Origin: Callorhinchus milii | Lineage: Eukaryota | Length of the DNA: 64,000 nt | Assembly: GCF_018977255.1 (NCBI RefSeq) | Contig: NW_024704746.1 | Span: 16,740,001-16,804,000 of the forward strand | Direction of reading: 5' to 3' | Part shown: positions 1-13,100 of the stretch, piece by piece | How positions within the stretch are numbered: the stretch's first letter is position 1 | How the letters are laid out: every line of letters begins with the position of its first letter | Notes under the pieces: model-generated | Databases searched by the model: none | The model's input: only the letters and a program-made list of their open reading frames with translations | Told to the model about the DNA's origin: nothing | Translations under genes and position numbers: made by a program

Positions 1-365
1 TAACTGAGGAGGCAGAGAACCACTCGGATCCCACAAAGCAAAACTAACGTAACCGACATTGCATATTTACATACCACTAATTAAGCAGAATATAATTCTT
101 AACTAGTTCCACCCCACCCCCCACACCTCCTATCTTTGTGTGAGGGTTATCTATGCAAGTGACTTAGAATTTTAAAAGCTTTAAGTAAACATCAGTTTCA
201 CCTATAGCTAAGGAACACAGATGTCATTCTATGCACTGCTGGATTTTAGCAATTTGTGGTGTTTTAACGCACTAGGAATGGATTAGCATACTGTCCGTTC
301 ATGACTGAGACTTGGACCTATGATAGTTATAGTAACTTGCATTTATATAGAGCTTTTTATATGGA

Positions 366-490
366 AACGGGAGTAGGCCATTCAGCCCATCAAGCCTGTT
401 CTGCCATTCTATAAGGTCACGGCTGATCTGTACCTCAACTCCAATTACCCACCCTTCCCCCACATCCCTCGGTACCCTGACCTAACAAAT
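366..490 (-). mobile_element. CR1 LINE 3'-end fragment
   Basis: ggagtaggccattcagccc...ggctgatctgtacctcaactcc is the reverse complement of the CR1 3' terminus seen at 2640-2720 and matches 54990-55100. Confidence 0.7.
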
Positions 491-1153
491 ATTTTGTGTA
501 TAAATAAACATCTTGAAGTACTTTACAAAATACAATTTAAAATGAATGTTATAAAGATACATTGTGGCAGCTAATCTGAGCCAACAGCAACCCAAAGCGG
601 GGGAGGGGGGGTCATTCCGTCATTTCCCACATTTCAATGCAGTCGGTAAGTGGGGGAGCAGTGGTGAGTATGAGGTGGCGTTACGAGTTAGGAGGTGACT
701 AATACGAGTGCAAAGAAATCTAAGCTGGTTTTGATAGGAAATTGAATGGGGCTCGCATGATTGTACAGCTTCGGTGATTGTATAATTTATAAAGGAGAAG
801 TATACAAGTTTCACTGTAATACCCATCCATTTGGCTCTATTCATGCTATAGATGGCGTTATGTGTCTATCATCATTCCGATCTGTCATGGCAACAAAGCA
901 ATGTTGTTTCTGTTTTCAGTCCTACAACATAAATCAACTGGGGGTGGGGGGGGGGGGGAAATGGAACAGGAGACAGAAGAAAAATAAGACTCAATTAATA
1001 GAATAAAATCTGGATATCCAGTGAATTTAAAACCAATCCAGTCTTGGATTTAATGTGCTTGTTCTTCCAGTTTTGATGACTTTTGATCCACTGCTGTTTT
1101 TTGATTCACAGAAGAGTTTCTTGTATTTGTACTAACTTTATAATTTTTGACAG

Positions 1154-4100
1154 GTTTGAAGAAAGATACGCACAAGACTGAATCTGTGCAATGTTCTTCC
1201 TCTCAAATTAACTGCAAGAATAAGATTTCTGGTTCTTCCCATCCAACTCGATCTGTAAGTGCTAGATTTAATAGAAAAGTACAGAAGGTTGATGTTTTGA
1301 AATGCTTAATAGTTTGAGGCTCTTTCTGAGTAAACAAACTATAATTGTTGAACGTTGTTGTTGGTAAGGTATCATTCTTGCATTTGATACATTACCTAAA
1401 TTTTTAAGGTGAAGTAGCATAATTGTATTTGAGGACAAGCACAGCAGCCAATTCCTTATTGCAAGTCCCAAAAATAACCATGAAGTGAATGACCAGTTAC
1501 ATCTGGAGGAAAGTTGGTCAGACATTGAAGAAAAACTTTCTTTTCTTTTCAAATGGTGCCATGGGATCTTTAATATCCATCTGAACAGGCACAATTCACC
1601 TAGGTTTACCATCTCAACGAAGTATGACAAGCAAAATAATATTTTCTTAATGGGGAGAAATTAAGAACTGTGGAGGAGCAAAGAGATTTAATAATAATAA
1701 TAATCCTTGCATTTGATATAGTGCTTTTCACGTCTTCTAGATGTCTCAAAGCGCTTCACAGAACATACTGTAAAGTGAATTGACTGTATATTTGTGGGCA
1801 AACGGGGCAGCCAATTGCGCGCAGCAATGTCCCACAAACAGTCGTAGATTGAAAATGACCAATTTATTATTGTTTTGGTTTTGGAGGGATTATTATTAGG
1901 CTCTGTGTGGAGTGAGGAAACTTGCCCAAGGTTTCGCCCTTCCTGGAAATGAACTCAGGTCTCTCGCTTGCAAAGCGAGTGCTCTAACCACTGAGCTACA
2001 GGACTCCAGTAGTCCATATTTGGGTGTCCATATCCATAAATCCATAAATCACCAAAAACTAGTTCCCAGGTGCAAAAAGGAATCAAAAAGATGAATGGAA
2101 TGTTGACCTTTATCTCAAGGGCCTGGAATACAAAGGGGAAGAAATTATGCTTCAGCTGTAGAGAGCGTTCGTAAGACCCCATCTGGAGACTGCGTTCAGT
2201 TTTGGGTACAACACCTCAGGAAAGGTATATTGGCTCTGGAGGGGGTGCAGCGCAGGTTCACCAGAATGTTACCAGGCCTAAAAGGGTTAAGTTACAAGGA
2301 AAGGCTGCGTAAACTTGGATTGTATTCACTTGAGTTTAGAAGTTCGAGGGGTGATTTGATTGAGGTATTTATGATAAACGGATTTGATAGGGTAGATACA
2401 GAGAAGCTATTTCCTCTGGTGAGGGAATCCAAAACAAGGTGGCATAGTCTTAAAATTAGAACCAGGCCATTTAAGAGTGAAATCAGGAAACATTTTTTCA
2501 CTCAAACGGTGGTAGAAATCTGGAATTGTCTCCCTCAAAAGGCCATGAATGCTGGATCTATCCACACCTTCAAAAGTGAGGTCGATAGATTTTTTTGTTG
2601 GTCAGAGTATTAAGGGATATTTGGAGAAATTGGAATTGAAAGGATTAGTTGAAGTACAGATCAGCCATGATCTAATTAAACAGGCTTGAAAGGCTGAATG
2701 GCCTCCTCCTGTTCCTATGTTCCTATCCTATGTTCCTAACAGTGTAGCTGTATTCCAGGTCTGCATTAAAGTGTCAGCCTAAATTATGAAAATTGGAATT
2801 TCATTCCTGAATGTTGAGGGGCAGATCACAACTTTTAGATATTTAAATATGGAACCTTGTTGATGCAAATGGATGCCACTTTAGTCTTAAAAACCTACAA
2901 ACTATCCCCAATGTAATTGGGCTCACCCATTACATAGGCTTCCTGTGATCAGACACTGGTATCATTCAGTGCTGTGCTGCTGGCAAATAGATACCAAAAG
3001 TGTGCTGGCTTCAATGTAAACATAGAAACTGCAAGACAATAAAAGACCAAGTTCCATCTAGTTCGCCTTCTACCATCCTGGTAGTCCCATGCTGTGTTGA
3101 GGAATCATGGCAATCGATTTATCGATTACACTACAACAGATTCGGGCACGAAACAAGGAAAACCCGCCAGTGGTGGAAAGCTTTGGGAACCATAGGTCCA
3201 AGTTGCCTGTTTCTCCCTTGCCATATATCATGACTCAATCGTATACTGTATCCCCAAATATTATTTTCTGAAAAAAAATCTTATCTAATAAGATTATTAG
3301 ATTTGAATGAATGAACACTTTCTGCCTCCCTAGGGAACCTGTTCCATAGATTTACGAATTGCTCACTGAAATAATGTTTCTACAGATTAGTTTTGAGTTT
3401 ATTCCCTTCAAGCGCAGGCCATGGTTCTACCATTCTGGGCAAGGTTAAACAGCTTGTCATCGTCTGCATTATCTAGTCCCTTTAGTATCTTTAAAAACAG
3501 CAATCACATCACCTCTCAACCTTGTCCAGTGTGAACATGTCCAGTTTACATAATCGTTCCTCCTAATCCAGTCCCTACATCCCCTCCATCATTCTGGTTG
3601 CCCTTGTGTCCTCTAAATCACTGTTATATCCCTCCTGTACTGGAGCAATCACAACTGTACACAGTACTCCAAGTACGGTTGCACCAATGATTTATAAAGT
3701 GGCAGGAATACATTGCTATTTGAACCCAATTTTGACCATTTAATACATCCCAACAATTTATTTGCTTTACTCATTGTCACCGATCATTGTTGTGATAGCT
3801 TCATTTTATTGTCAATCGGGATCCCAGGTCTTTTTCATTTTTCATTTCCATTTTTCCATACATATTATTTTCTTTCCATTTAGATAATAGCCTCTTCCTG
3901 GATTTCTTTTTTGCCCCATATGAAGCATTTTGTATTTCTCCTCATTGAATTTCATCTGCCATCGATCTGCCCAATTCCCAAGTAAATTCAAATCCCCTGT
4001 AACCTATCCTCTTCAGCTTTGCTGTCTACCACCTTCATCTGCAAAATTAGCCACTGTGCTTCTTACTCCCAGCTCCAGATCATTTAAGATATTGAACAAA

Positions 4101-7100
4101 AAAGGTCCCAAAACAAACCCCTATGGAAACCCCACTGGCCTTATTCTCTCAGACAGATGACATTCCCTGTACCACAACCCTCTGGGTTCTATCAGTCAAA
4201 CAATTATGTATCCATTGTAAGATTCTTCCACTGATTCCCGCTTTGTTTATTTTCAGTACCAGCCTTTCCAGTACTAAATTGGTGGTAAAACAGCAGGATT
4301 TCTTTTCCTCTGAGATTGATAACCCTGTTTTCTTCCTTTCAAGTCTTCTAAAAATGAGCTCCTGAGCATACTTTGAGGTTGCCGTCTTCAGTGCAACATA
4401 ATCTGAATAAGTCAGTTTAACCCATTATCATGGTCCCTTAACTCCTCCACAGATAATTAACGAGTTTGATGTGTGTGAGCTGGGCTAAATAAATTTAATT
4501 ACATTTATGCCCAGGCGTTTCTGATTAGGTTTAGTTAATGACTAAGAGGTAGAAATCGGAACCTTGGCAGAATTTTGCCTTGTGTAATTTTAAAGACTCC
4601 AGTCATATGAACGCAATGAAAGGTCCTATTTTGCTTTTGTATTTGTATTGTAACTAAAGTAGGAGCTTGTGCTGCTCTTTTTTCATTTTTTTTCTATTTT
4701 GGTGCTATTGATGGAACAAAAGTGCATTTTAACTCGTTTGCACATGTTTTATTTCAAGAGCGCTGAGGCAGTTCAGTGTTGTTGGAATTGTTCAAACCGG
4801 AACTGTAAGATATGGTGCTGGGTGCTCCCTGGAATCTCATTCCGCAGCGAGTCTGTACTCAGAATCTGTAACTTCACTTTAACTATTGTGTCAGTCTGGC
4901 TCGGTTAGTAGCATTATCGCCTCGGAATCAGAAGATTGTGGATTTACAATCCATAAACGGGTCTTTGAATTGATTCTAGCCTAACTCACATAGTTAGGCT
5001 GATGTCAGCGTTCCGAGAGTGTATCCGTGTGAAGGAAGCTGTTTTACCATCAATTGCAAGTCGTTGATACTTCAGTGCAGGGCAGGATGTATACTGCATT
5101 TTGGGCCTGCCATCTTTCGGATGAGACATTAAAATTAAGGACACATCTGGGTGTTTAGATGGACATGAAATCCCATGGTACTATTAAAAGAAAAAGGAAT
5201 ATCCTGACCAAGAATTCCCCCAAATAAAATTTGTTATTTACTTCATGGCTGTCTGTGGAACGTTGCTGTACACAAGTTAGCGTTTGCCTTCAAAATAGAC
5301 TTTACGGTAAATCCTGTGAAGCACTTTGAGATGGCGTCTTGAAAGGCGTTAGATCAAATGTAATATTTTTTTCAAATATAAAATCAGTCATTTTCCAGCA
5401 TCAGATACTGTGTTGTAACATACTTGCTATGTCATCTTAATGGGATATGCTTTTTGATGTAAATCTTTATTTACTATTGCATGAAGCATCATTTATTCCG
5501 TAGCCTCTTAAAACAACTCAATAACATGAAAACCTTTAAATTTGAGTATTGATAATATTTAGAGTTACTAGGTGATCATTCATTTCACATATTCATATCC
5601 ACTCTCTGATTGCAGTCAACATTTTCGAACTGTGGAGACCACAGGAAATCTCATGGCATAAATGGCCACACACCAGGTGCATCAGGACATTCAACAGGTA
5701 GGGGTCATTCTCTGCTCTTGTAATGGATCAGATTCCTAATGATGGGATTAAATGTCGCTCTCACACTCAGCCCAGCTGGGACTGCGCAAAAGATTTTCTT
5801 CCGGGGCTCTGGGAGGCTACCCTGCGTGAGTGGCGTTATATAAATGCAAATTGTTGTTGTTCCCGTGCCCTTAGTAACTTTAATGCTAGACTAGTGGAAC
5901 TCCTAGATCAGGGGTGCTTTTGTATGTGATTTTAAAAAAAAGGCAAGCAAAGAAAAATGAATATAATATTATTTGCCTAAAGTAGATTTTTCTTATAACA
6001 ATGTCGCAATACCTGGTTTCCCAGAACCAGACCCACTGCTGTTTTATCCACATGATTAACTGTTCCCTTGATGTTTAGGAGTAGGAACATTGATAATCAT
6101 CTGGTTAATATACTTTTATTTCCAGCCATTAAATCTGAAACAACTGACTTAAGATGTCTAGTCTTTTCTTGTCCTTTATTTAACAAATTATTTCCAGATT
6201 TGTTTCCTGAAAGATATTTAGGATCTTATTCACAGTATTACTGGACTTTTGGACTGAGAAATGAAAAGACTTGCATAACAGGGCAGTGTTGATGGCATCA
6301 GTAATAGTTTGGGATGATTTTCTCAATGATCCGAGTATTCCGAAGCACTTGTCAGAATGTTTTGTTTTTCTTTGTGACTAATTTGTGGAAATAAAATAAA
6401 TTCCTAGAAATTTATGAAATTCATATTTTACTTGGAATCAAATATAAGAATTTCTGTGCCTTTTTTTATTTAAAAAAAATCTTCCTTAATGCTGAGGTAT
6501 GGTTTTCGGAAGCATGACCTACACTCATTTGTAAACCTTGACAATAGGCTATTCAACTAAAACTTACTTAACATCTTCACACACTCAGTTCCTAGCTAGA
6601 GCCACTGAAAAGCAATAAGAAGCAAGAATCTGCCTGAGTTTCCACCCAGCTCAGGAATACTGAGGCTGATTCTAGCACCCTTATTTCTGACCTGTTTGAA
6701 ATCAATTAACTCAGTACAGACTGGGGATATTCTGGAGTTGTTCGGCTGTTTCACTTTCCCTTGGGAGGAGCTAGCTAACATAATATTGAACCAAGATAAC
6801 AAATCGGGAATGCAGTCATGCTAATGTTGAGGCTCAAAACATTTTTGATCGTGTTTTTGTAGCGAAGGTTGCCTCTCAAAACCATTCCCTTCCCACAGGC
6901 ACCAGCAGCCACAAATTACTCACAGTTTTGAAAACAATCCAAATAATAACATTTGAACCAAATATTTATAATTGCTGTTACTTTAAAATTTACTGAATGT
7001 TCTGTTCCCTAAAACCTAAGTTTATGGCTGCCCTTTGCAGGTAGCAGTCAAGAGAAGAAAATTGGCATACCTCTTGGTCAGATGTTTTATTAAATGGAGT

Positions 7101-10100
7101 AGATTACAAACAGACTGTTGAGGATGATACTATTTGGTGGATAATTTTCATGATAGTATGCTGGCCGAGATAAATCCTAAACCTCTCTTCCTTCTGTTTT
7201 TCTCATAGATATATCCCAAACCCTATGATTTTGATTTTTCCTGGCTTAAGATTCTTGTCAAATTTTGGTCTCTGAATACTTTTAGTCTGTACTGTCACTG
7301 CCTGTTTCTTTCCCATCATGGGCAAAAATGTAATGCACCACCAGATGCTTGGGTAGGGTCATGATGATGGGGAACTGTGGGATTAAAAAGACGAAGCAAG
7401 GCTAAATTAAGATGGTGAAAGTGATTTGAAAAAGGATTTGAAAGTAAGCTTTGATTTTCCCTGATGGCTCAGTGAATTTATCCAGTGAGTAGTGGAGTCA
7501 TACAGATCAGGAAGATCTAATCTTTTACTTCTACCTTATAACTAACATCTAACTCAGATGGGAAATCGGTAAGGTGTTGTTTTGCTCCCTCTTTTTTCCC
7601 CCCTCTAATCTGATTGCAGGTGTAAAATATACAACAATTTGTATTTATTTAGCATGAACGCTCAATAGTAGTGGAGCCTGACTCCAAGCTCTGGGGAGGT
7701 GACCGTAAGCCTGGCCGAAGAGGAAGGTTTTCAGGCATGATCTGAAAATTGGGAAGGAGGGGCAAGGCAGAAGGATTGAGAGAAAAAATTCCAAAGTTTC
7801 AGGGCATAGTGGCTGCAAGCACAGCCACCAATTGTGAATTGGAGGGGACGAGGGACAAGCAGGAGACTGGAGCTGGTTGAGCGGAGTCGGTGGGTGGTGG
7901 AGTTGGGAGCACGTAGACTGGATAGGTAGGGAAGGACCAGGGCATGAGGGGATTTGTAGATGAGTGTGAGGATCTTGAATTCAATACGTTCTGTGATAGG
8001 GAGCCAGTGGAGCCTGATGAGGACTGGTGTAATGGAGATACAGAGTTTAGAGCGGGTAAGTAAACGGGTGGAGCTTTGTATCAGTTGGATTTTTTGGTTA
8101 GTGGAGCTGGGGAGACTAGCTGGGAGGGCATTGAAATAGTCGAGGGTTTCGGTTGCGTTGAGTGTGAGATACGGTCAGAGGTGGGCAATGAGATGGTGGT
8201 TGAGAAAAACGGTCCTGGTCTGGGACCAGATGTGGGTTATTAAGGACAGCTGGATTATGCACAGCTTTGTTAAATCTTGCGGAGAGGCCATGGAGGTTGA
8301 GGAGGTCAGAGCCACAGGAGAGAAGACATTAACAGGAGCTGATGAGTACTGCTTCCATCTTGTCAGCTATCTCCTGTCCAATGTAGATGGAACCTCGTGG
8401 CTTGTCTTGCAAGATTTCCTCCCACTACCATTATTTTTGAAGGTTGAGAAAAGCTAAATTCTGAAACGTTGGCTTCACAGGTAGTTTTCCAATAGTTAAA
8501 TCTGTGTGAGAATGTTTTCTTGACCTGACTGAACAGAGAAAAGTCATCCAGAAGAGGGCACACTTGTCACACTGATCAGATATAGAGTGAGCGTACATTG
8601 GGGGAAGTTTGAAGCTTTGTATCTAAAAGCATTCCGAATTACACGTCTATCAATATGAATTAGAATAAAGCCAGTGCCTAAGAATGCCAGTACCGACGTT
8701 GTAATTACACTTAGCCGAAATTCCCCCTCTTCCTGCCCAACGGTTTGGTTAGCCGGGATTAAACAATTCTGGATGCCGTAAAAAATATCTAGATCAAGAT
8801 GGAATTTCTCTCCACATAAATTATTTCCATATTTGTGTGCAATTTAGCCCCCCCCCATTCATGGCCACGTTGAGGTTTAGTTTAGTGGAAAATGCGCTGA
8901 CTTATTTTGTGGAGCTCTGCATATTTTACACTCGTCTCTAGATTATTATTCATAGCACAAGGAATTCTTGTTGTCATGGTAGAGAGCTGCCACACTGAAC
9001 TCTTGATGGCAGTTCCAGTACAGCAAGCAATATTTTGTATCGTCAGTCGTGTGAGAGCTCCTGCATACTGTGAGGTCTGTACGGATGATTGTTTTACATT
9101 ATGGATTTAAGCAGTGATTTTTAATGATGTATATTTTGATAAAATGCCTGAGGGGATTTACATTGCTATTACATTAGAAATGGTAGCCTCATTAGACAAT
9201 TGGAAAGCAGTTACCATATGTCTTTTACGAACACCCAATCAAACCTTCCTCTTTGTTGTCTTACATTAAAGAGCTGCTTGTAACTGGGTTGGAGTTCTGA
9301 GCACTGAGTGGCTGCATTACCTCATAACGGGCAGATAACCTGACTCATGAGCTGTTGGGTTTGGATATTAATTTTCTTCCTTGATTGTTCTATTTTACCA
9401 TTGGTAATTAATCATTGATGTTTTTTCTGGGTTCATTGTCATTTTTAAGAAAATGCAAAACAATGTGTTTTTGTTTTGCTGTTTAGTAAGAATAAAAATG
9501 TGTAGACGTATGGGCTTACTCGTGTCTGAAATTGTGAATTGTAGTGTTTTTTTAAAATGTTATTTGATCACTTAATCTGTTTGAACAGAAATTAAGATGG
9601 TGTTGCTTGCTTTGGTTCAGTTGAGTCTTTTGTGGAATGTTTGCCTCATTGGTGCTGACGATTTAAGGCTCTAGTCTCATTGCAATACACAGTCAGTTAT
9701 ATCCTCAACAAGTAATACGATGTGGCTAGAATTAAGACAACTCATTGTGCTTATAGTATCAAAGGTCCACAAAACACAACTGGTAACTGCTTGGTGTTTT
9801 CTTCAGATCAGTGGCTGTATGGCGAATGTATTGGAAACCATGGGGAAGAAGCTGCAAAAAGGATGTTACTTGTTCGACTCTCGTCTCCTGATCAAGCCGT
9901 AAGAAATGACAAGACCGAGGAGGAAGCTGTTCCCGAGCAGAGCGCAGCAGGTAAATTACTGCCAATAGGTTTCATTTTACACCAGTATCTGGGGACAGAT
10001 ACAATCTCAGTACATTCAAATTGAGACCAATGTATTATTATTATTTTATCTCCTTACTGACTGTCACCTTGATGTGATAGTTTGGGGAATAAACTAGATT

Positions 10101-13100
10101 AAATTGTAAAATCGAGAGTTGTGCTTTATATGCATTAGAATTCAGAAGCGGCATAATATTGACTGAATTATTTCATGAAGCACAATAGCCATTTGTGTGT
10201 AATATTGCCATTTGTGGGAAAATTGAAAAGGTTATTTTGTTATGCAATGTGGATTTTAAATTCACGCTTAATATTGTAAAGTTATTTGCTTGATGTGGGT
10301 TCAGGCCCCACGTTGGTATTTGGAGCTCATAATCTGGGCTGAAAGTCAGGTGCAGTACTGGGGTAGTACTGGTGGTGATGCCTTTCAGATAAGAAGTTCA
10401 ACCAAGATTGTGTCTGCCATTTCGATGTTAAAGATCCCACAGCAATATTTGGAAAAAAGAGAGTTTCTCCCAATGACCGACCAACAAGCAGATCAAAAGA
10501 GTTTGCTGTTTGTGAGGCATTCCTGTGCAGAAATCGGCTGCTGCATTTGCCTACAAAATACAGTCACTACACTCTACAGTAGGACTTTGAAATGTTTTGA
10601 TGATGTGTTAAGGTGCTATGTCGAATGTAAGGATTATTACTGTTATAAGAAGTAAACTTTATCTGTCTTTAACCTTAATTCATGGTGAAGTTTAGAAGTA
10701 AAAGTAACTTCCAGATGATGATTTGGCAGCAGTGTGCCCACAGCGATGGCAGAATTGGTCTGATGCAAGCAACAAACACCTGTAACGCTGTATATAGGGA
10801 GCAGCTAAAGATACCTAGCAGTAATAAGAAAAACAGGAGTCGCTGGGAACACTCAGCAGGTCAGGCAGCATCTATGGAGAAAGGAAAGTGAGTCAACGTT
10901 TCGGAACCCTTCAGTTCTGACAACAGGTCGTGGACCCAAAACGTTGACTCACTTTCCTTTCGCTAGAATTTTATTTTCTCTTGAACATAGGCATTTCAAT
11001 CAGCAAAATAAAACCACACATTGCATTTTCTAAGAATGGCTGTGGATGCCCTGGATGCTGTGGCAGCTCTTGACATTTTTTTTAGAAAATGAAAGTAACT
11101 AATTCATCAAAGTTCACTTTTTACTAAGAAACCTATTCTTCGAATTCTGAGTCCTTTACACATATTCCTTATACCAGTCGTTATCACACATAAGTGTAAA
11201 AACAAATCTTAAAATATATATGTTTTTAAAAAAATTAAGGGCCAGTACTTTGAACCTTTGAACTGTTGCGTGTAGATGTTGAGGACAGTTTGGTGTTTGC
11301 TCAGATGAGGAAGTTTGAAAGGATGTAATAGCACGCCTTGTGTATGTTTGCACTTACCCCAATGAGCTTCCTCGAATTGGAGTGGTGGCTTGTGCTTTTC
11401 TACCTTGGTTTAATGCTTATGTAGCGAATATTGGTGCTGTTGGCAACAAGCCAGCAAGTCAACAAACGTTGAATATATTCTTTTGGTTTGGCCTCAGTGA
11501 GTACTTGGTTTTGCTGTACATTTGTAGTGCCTGGGGGAATTGTAAGTTTGAAAGACTACAGTTTGATTTCAGCTAACAATATCTAGCCATTTGATCAGGG
11601 ACACGTATCTAATAATCTGCAGGTTTACCATATTGGTGAATACTTACTAAGGGAAATATTGTCACCTAAACAATGATTTTAGATTTGTGCGTGGTCTTCT
11701 GTTGTTTTCAAACCCACATTGCCAGATTGGCATAAAATACTATTTAAATTGAACAAATAACATGTTTCTAAAAAAAAAAGACATTTGCGATCTTGTGTAT
11801 AGAGTTGTATAGAAACCAGCTTGTTAAACAGGCTTCTTGCCTGTCATTGTAATGTATTGCTGTTAGAGGACACTCATGTACACAGTGGTGCAGCAGTGTG
11901 ATTTGTGAACGGATTATTTTCGAGTACTTTGACTGAAGTACATTGTATTGTCATTGCTATCCCTGGATCAGAGGAACAGTAAATCAGACCTGTTCTGAAG
12001 ACCAAATGTCAGTTTATTTTTGAACAAAACAAAATGTTTTAGAATTAAATGTTGCCTTCATGAGATGAAAGAGAATCCAATGTTGAGATTGATTCTCCCC
12101 TCACCTATCCATCATAACCACTGATATCCCTTGCCTTGATGGGCCCAAAGATTCAGATTTTTCTTCAAAAGAGATTTGAAAACAGAGCCGGAGGGATTTC
12201 AGGAGAGAGTGCCAGAGGAAGGGAGGAAAGTGGCTGATAATAACTTGATAACACTTAGCAATTTTTTTTATGGCCACCCTTTAATTAATTACCTCTCACT
12301 CACTCAGCTCTCACTGAAATCATAAGACAGTTATTTTAAAATAGATTTTGTAATTTATTTGTAGGGTGTTAATTGAAGGAGAAATTGAGGGTCATTGATT
12401 TGTGTCTAATTTTGTATCATAATTAATAAGGACTTATGAATATTCAACGGAATGACTCTTTGTTCTGGTTTACAAAGGTTGGTTGCAGAGCTATGCTATT
12501 ATTGGGTTAAAGATAACCTGGGTGTCTGTTTTGGTTTAACCCTTTGTAATCCAGGCATGTTCAGTGAAGTAAAGCACATTAATTGAAGCTCAATGAGGAA
12601 ACCAAAATACCCACAGTGTAAGTTGCATTCTGCAGTGCAAGTGGGGCATCAGTTTGCATTGTGAATGTAACTGTCTTTGCCAGATAACATGTCCGGTTTA
12701 TATGGTATTTTACCTAACACCAATAAAATGTAGATAAACTCTTTTAAAACTTTCTGTTCGAAATCTTAAACGATGGTTACTTGTTCCTTCATCCTAGTTC
12801 CTGAAGTAAGAGGTGCTTCTTGCCTTCCTACACCTTCAGCATCGCCAGTCGAGATGGAGAATAATGAAAACGGCTCTCTAGACACTAAAAAGTTTGTCTT
12901 TTTAAAGTTCTTCCACTACCATCAGGTCCTGTATTATTTTGATGTGATCCTGTTTTATTTGCAGGTGAAAGAAACGTTGAGTTATATACAAACACGATCT
13001 TCATTCTTTTACAACAACAAACACAGCTTACATTTCGATTCTTATGTTACTTTGTTTCCTTTGCAGTCCAAAATGAATCATAAGAATTAATCGGTAAATA

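Noticed and set aside
1937-2007. tRNA-Ala(TGC)-like sequence on the minus strand
   Set aside because: The acceptor and T stems do not pair, and it continues into a repeated SINE body and tail, so it is a SINE head and not a tRNA gene.
2230-2613. 127-aa ORF as a host gene
   Set aside because: CR1 ORF2 remnant. The ORFs at 17478-18011, 50986-51258 and 54897-55644 are likewise LINE fragments.
9819-9902. ATG GCG AAT GTA TTG GAA (MANVLE), resembling the human SAMD13 N-terminus as I recall it
   Set aside because: This frame stops at 9902, before the strong donor at 9951, and has no convincing in-phase donor. Probably coincidence.
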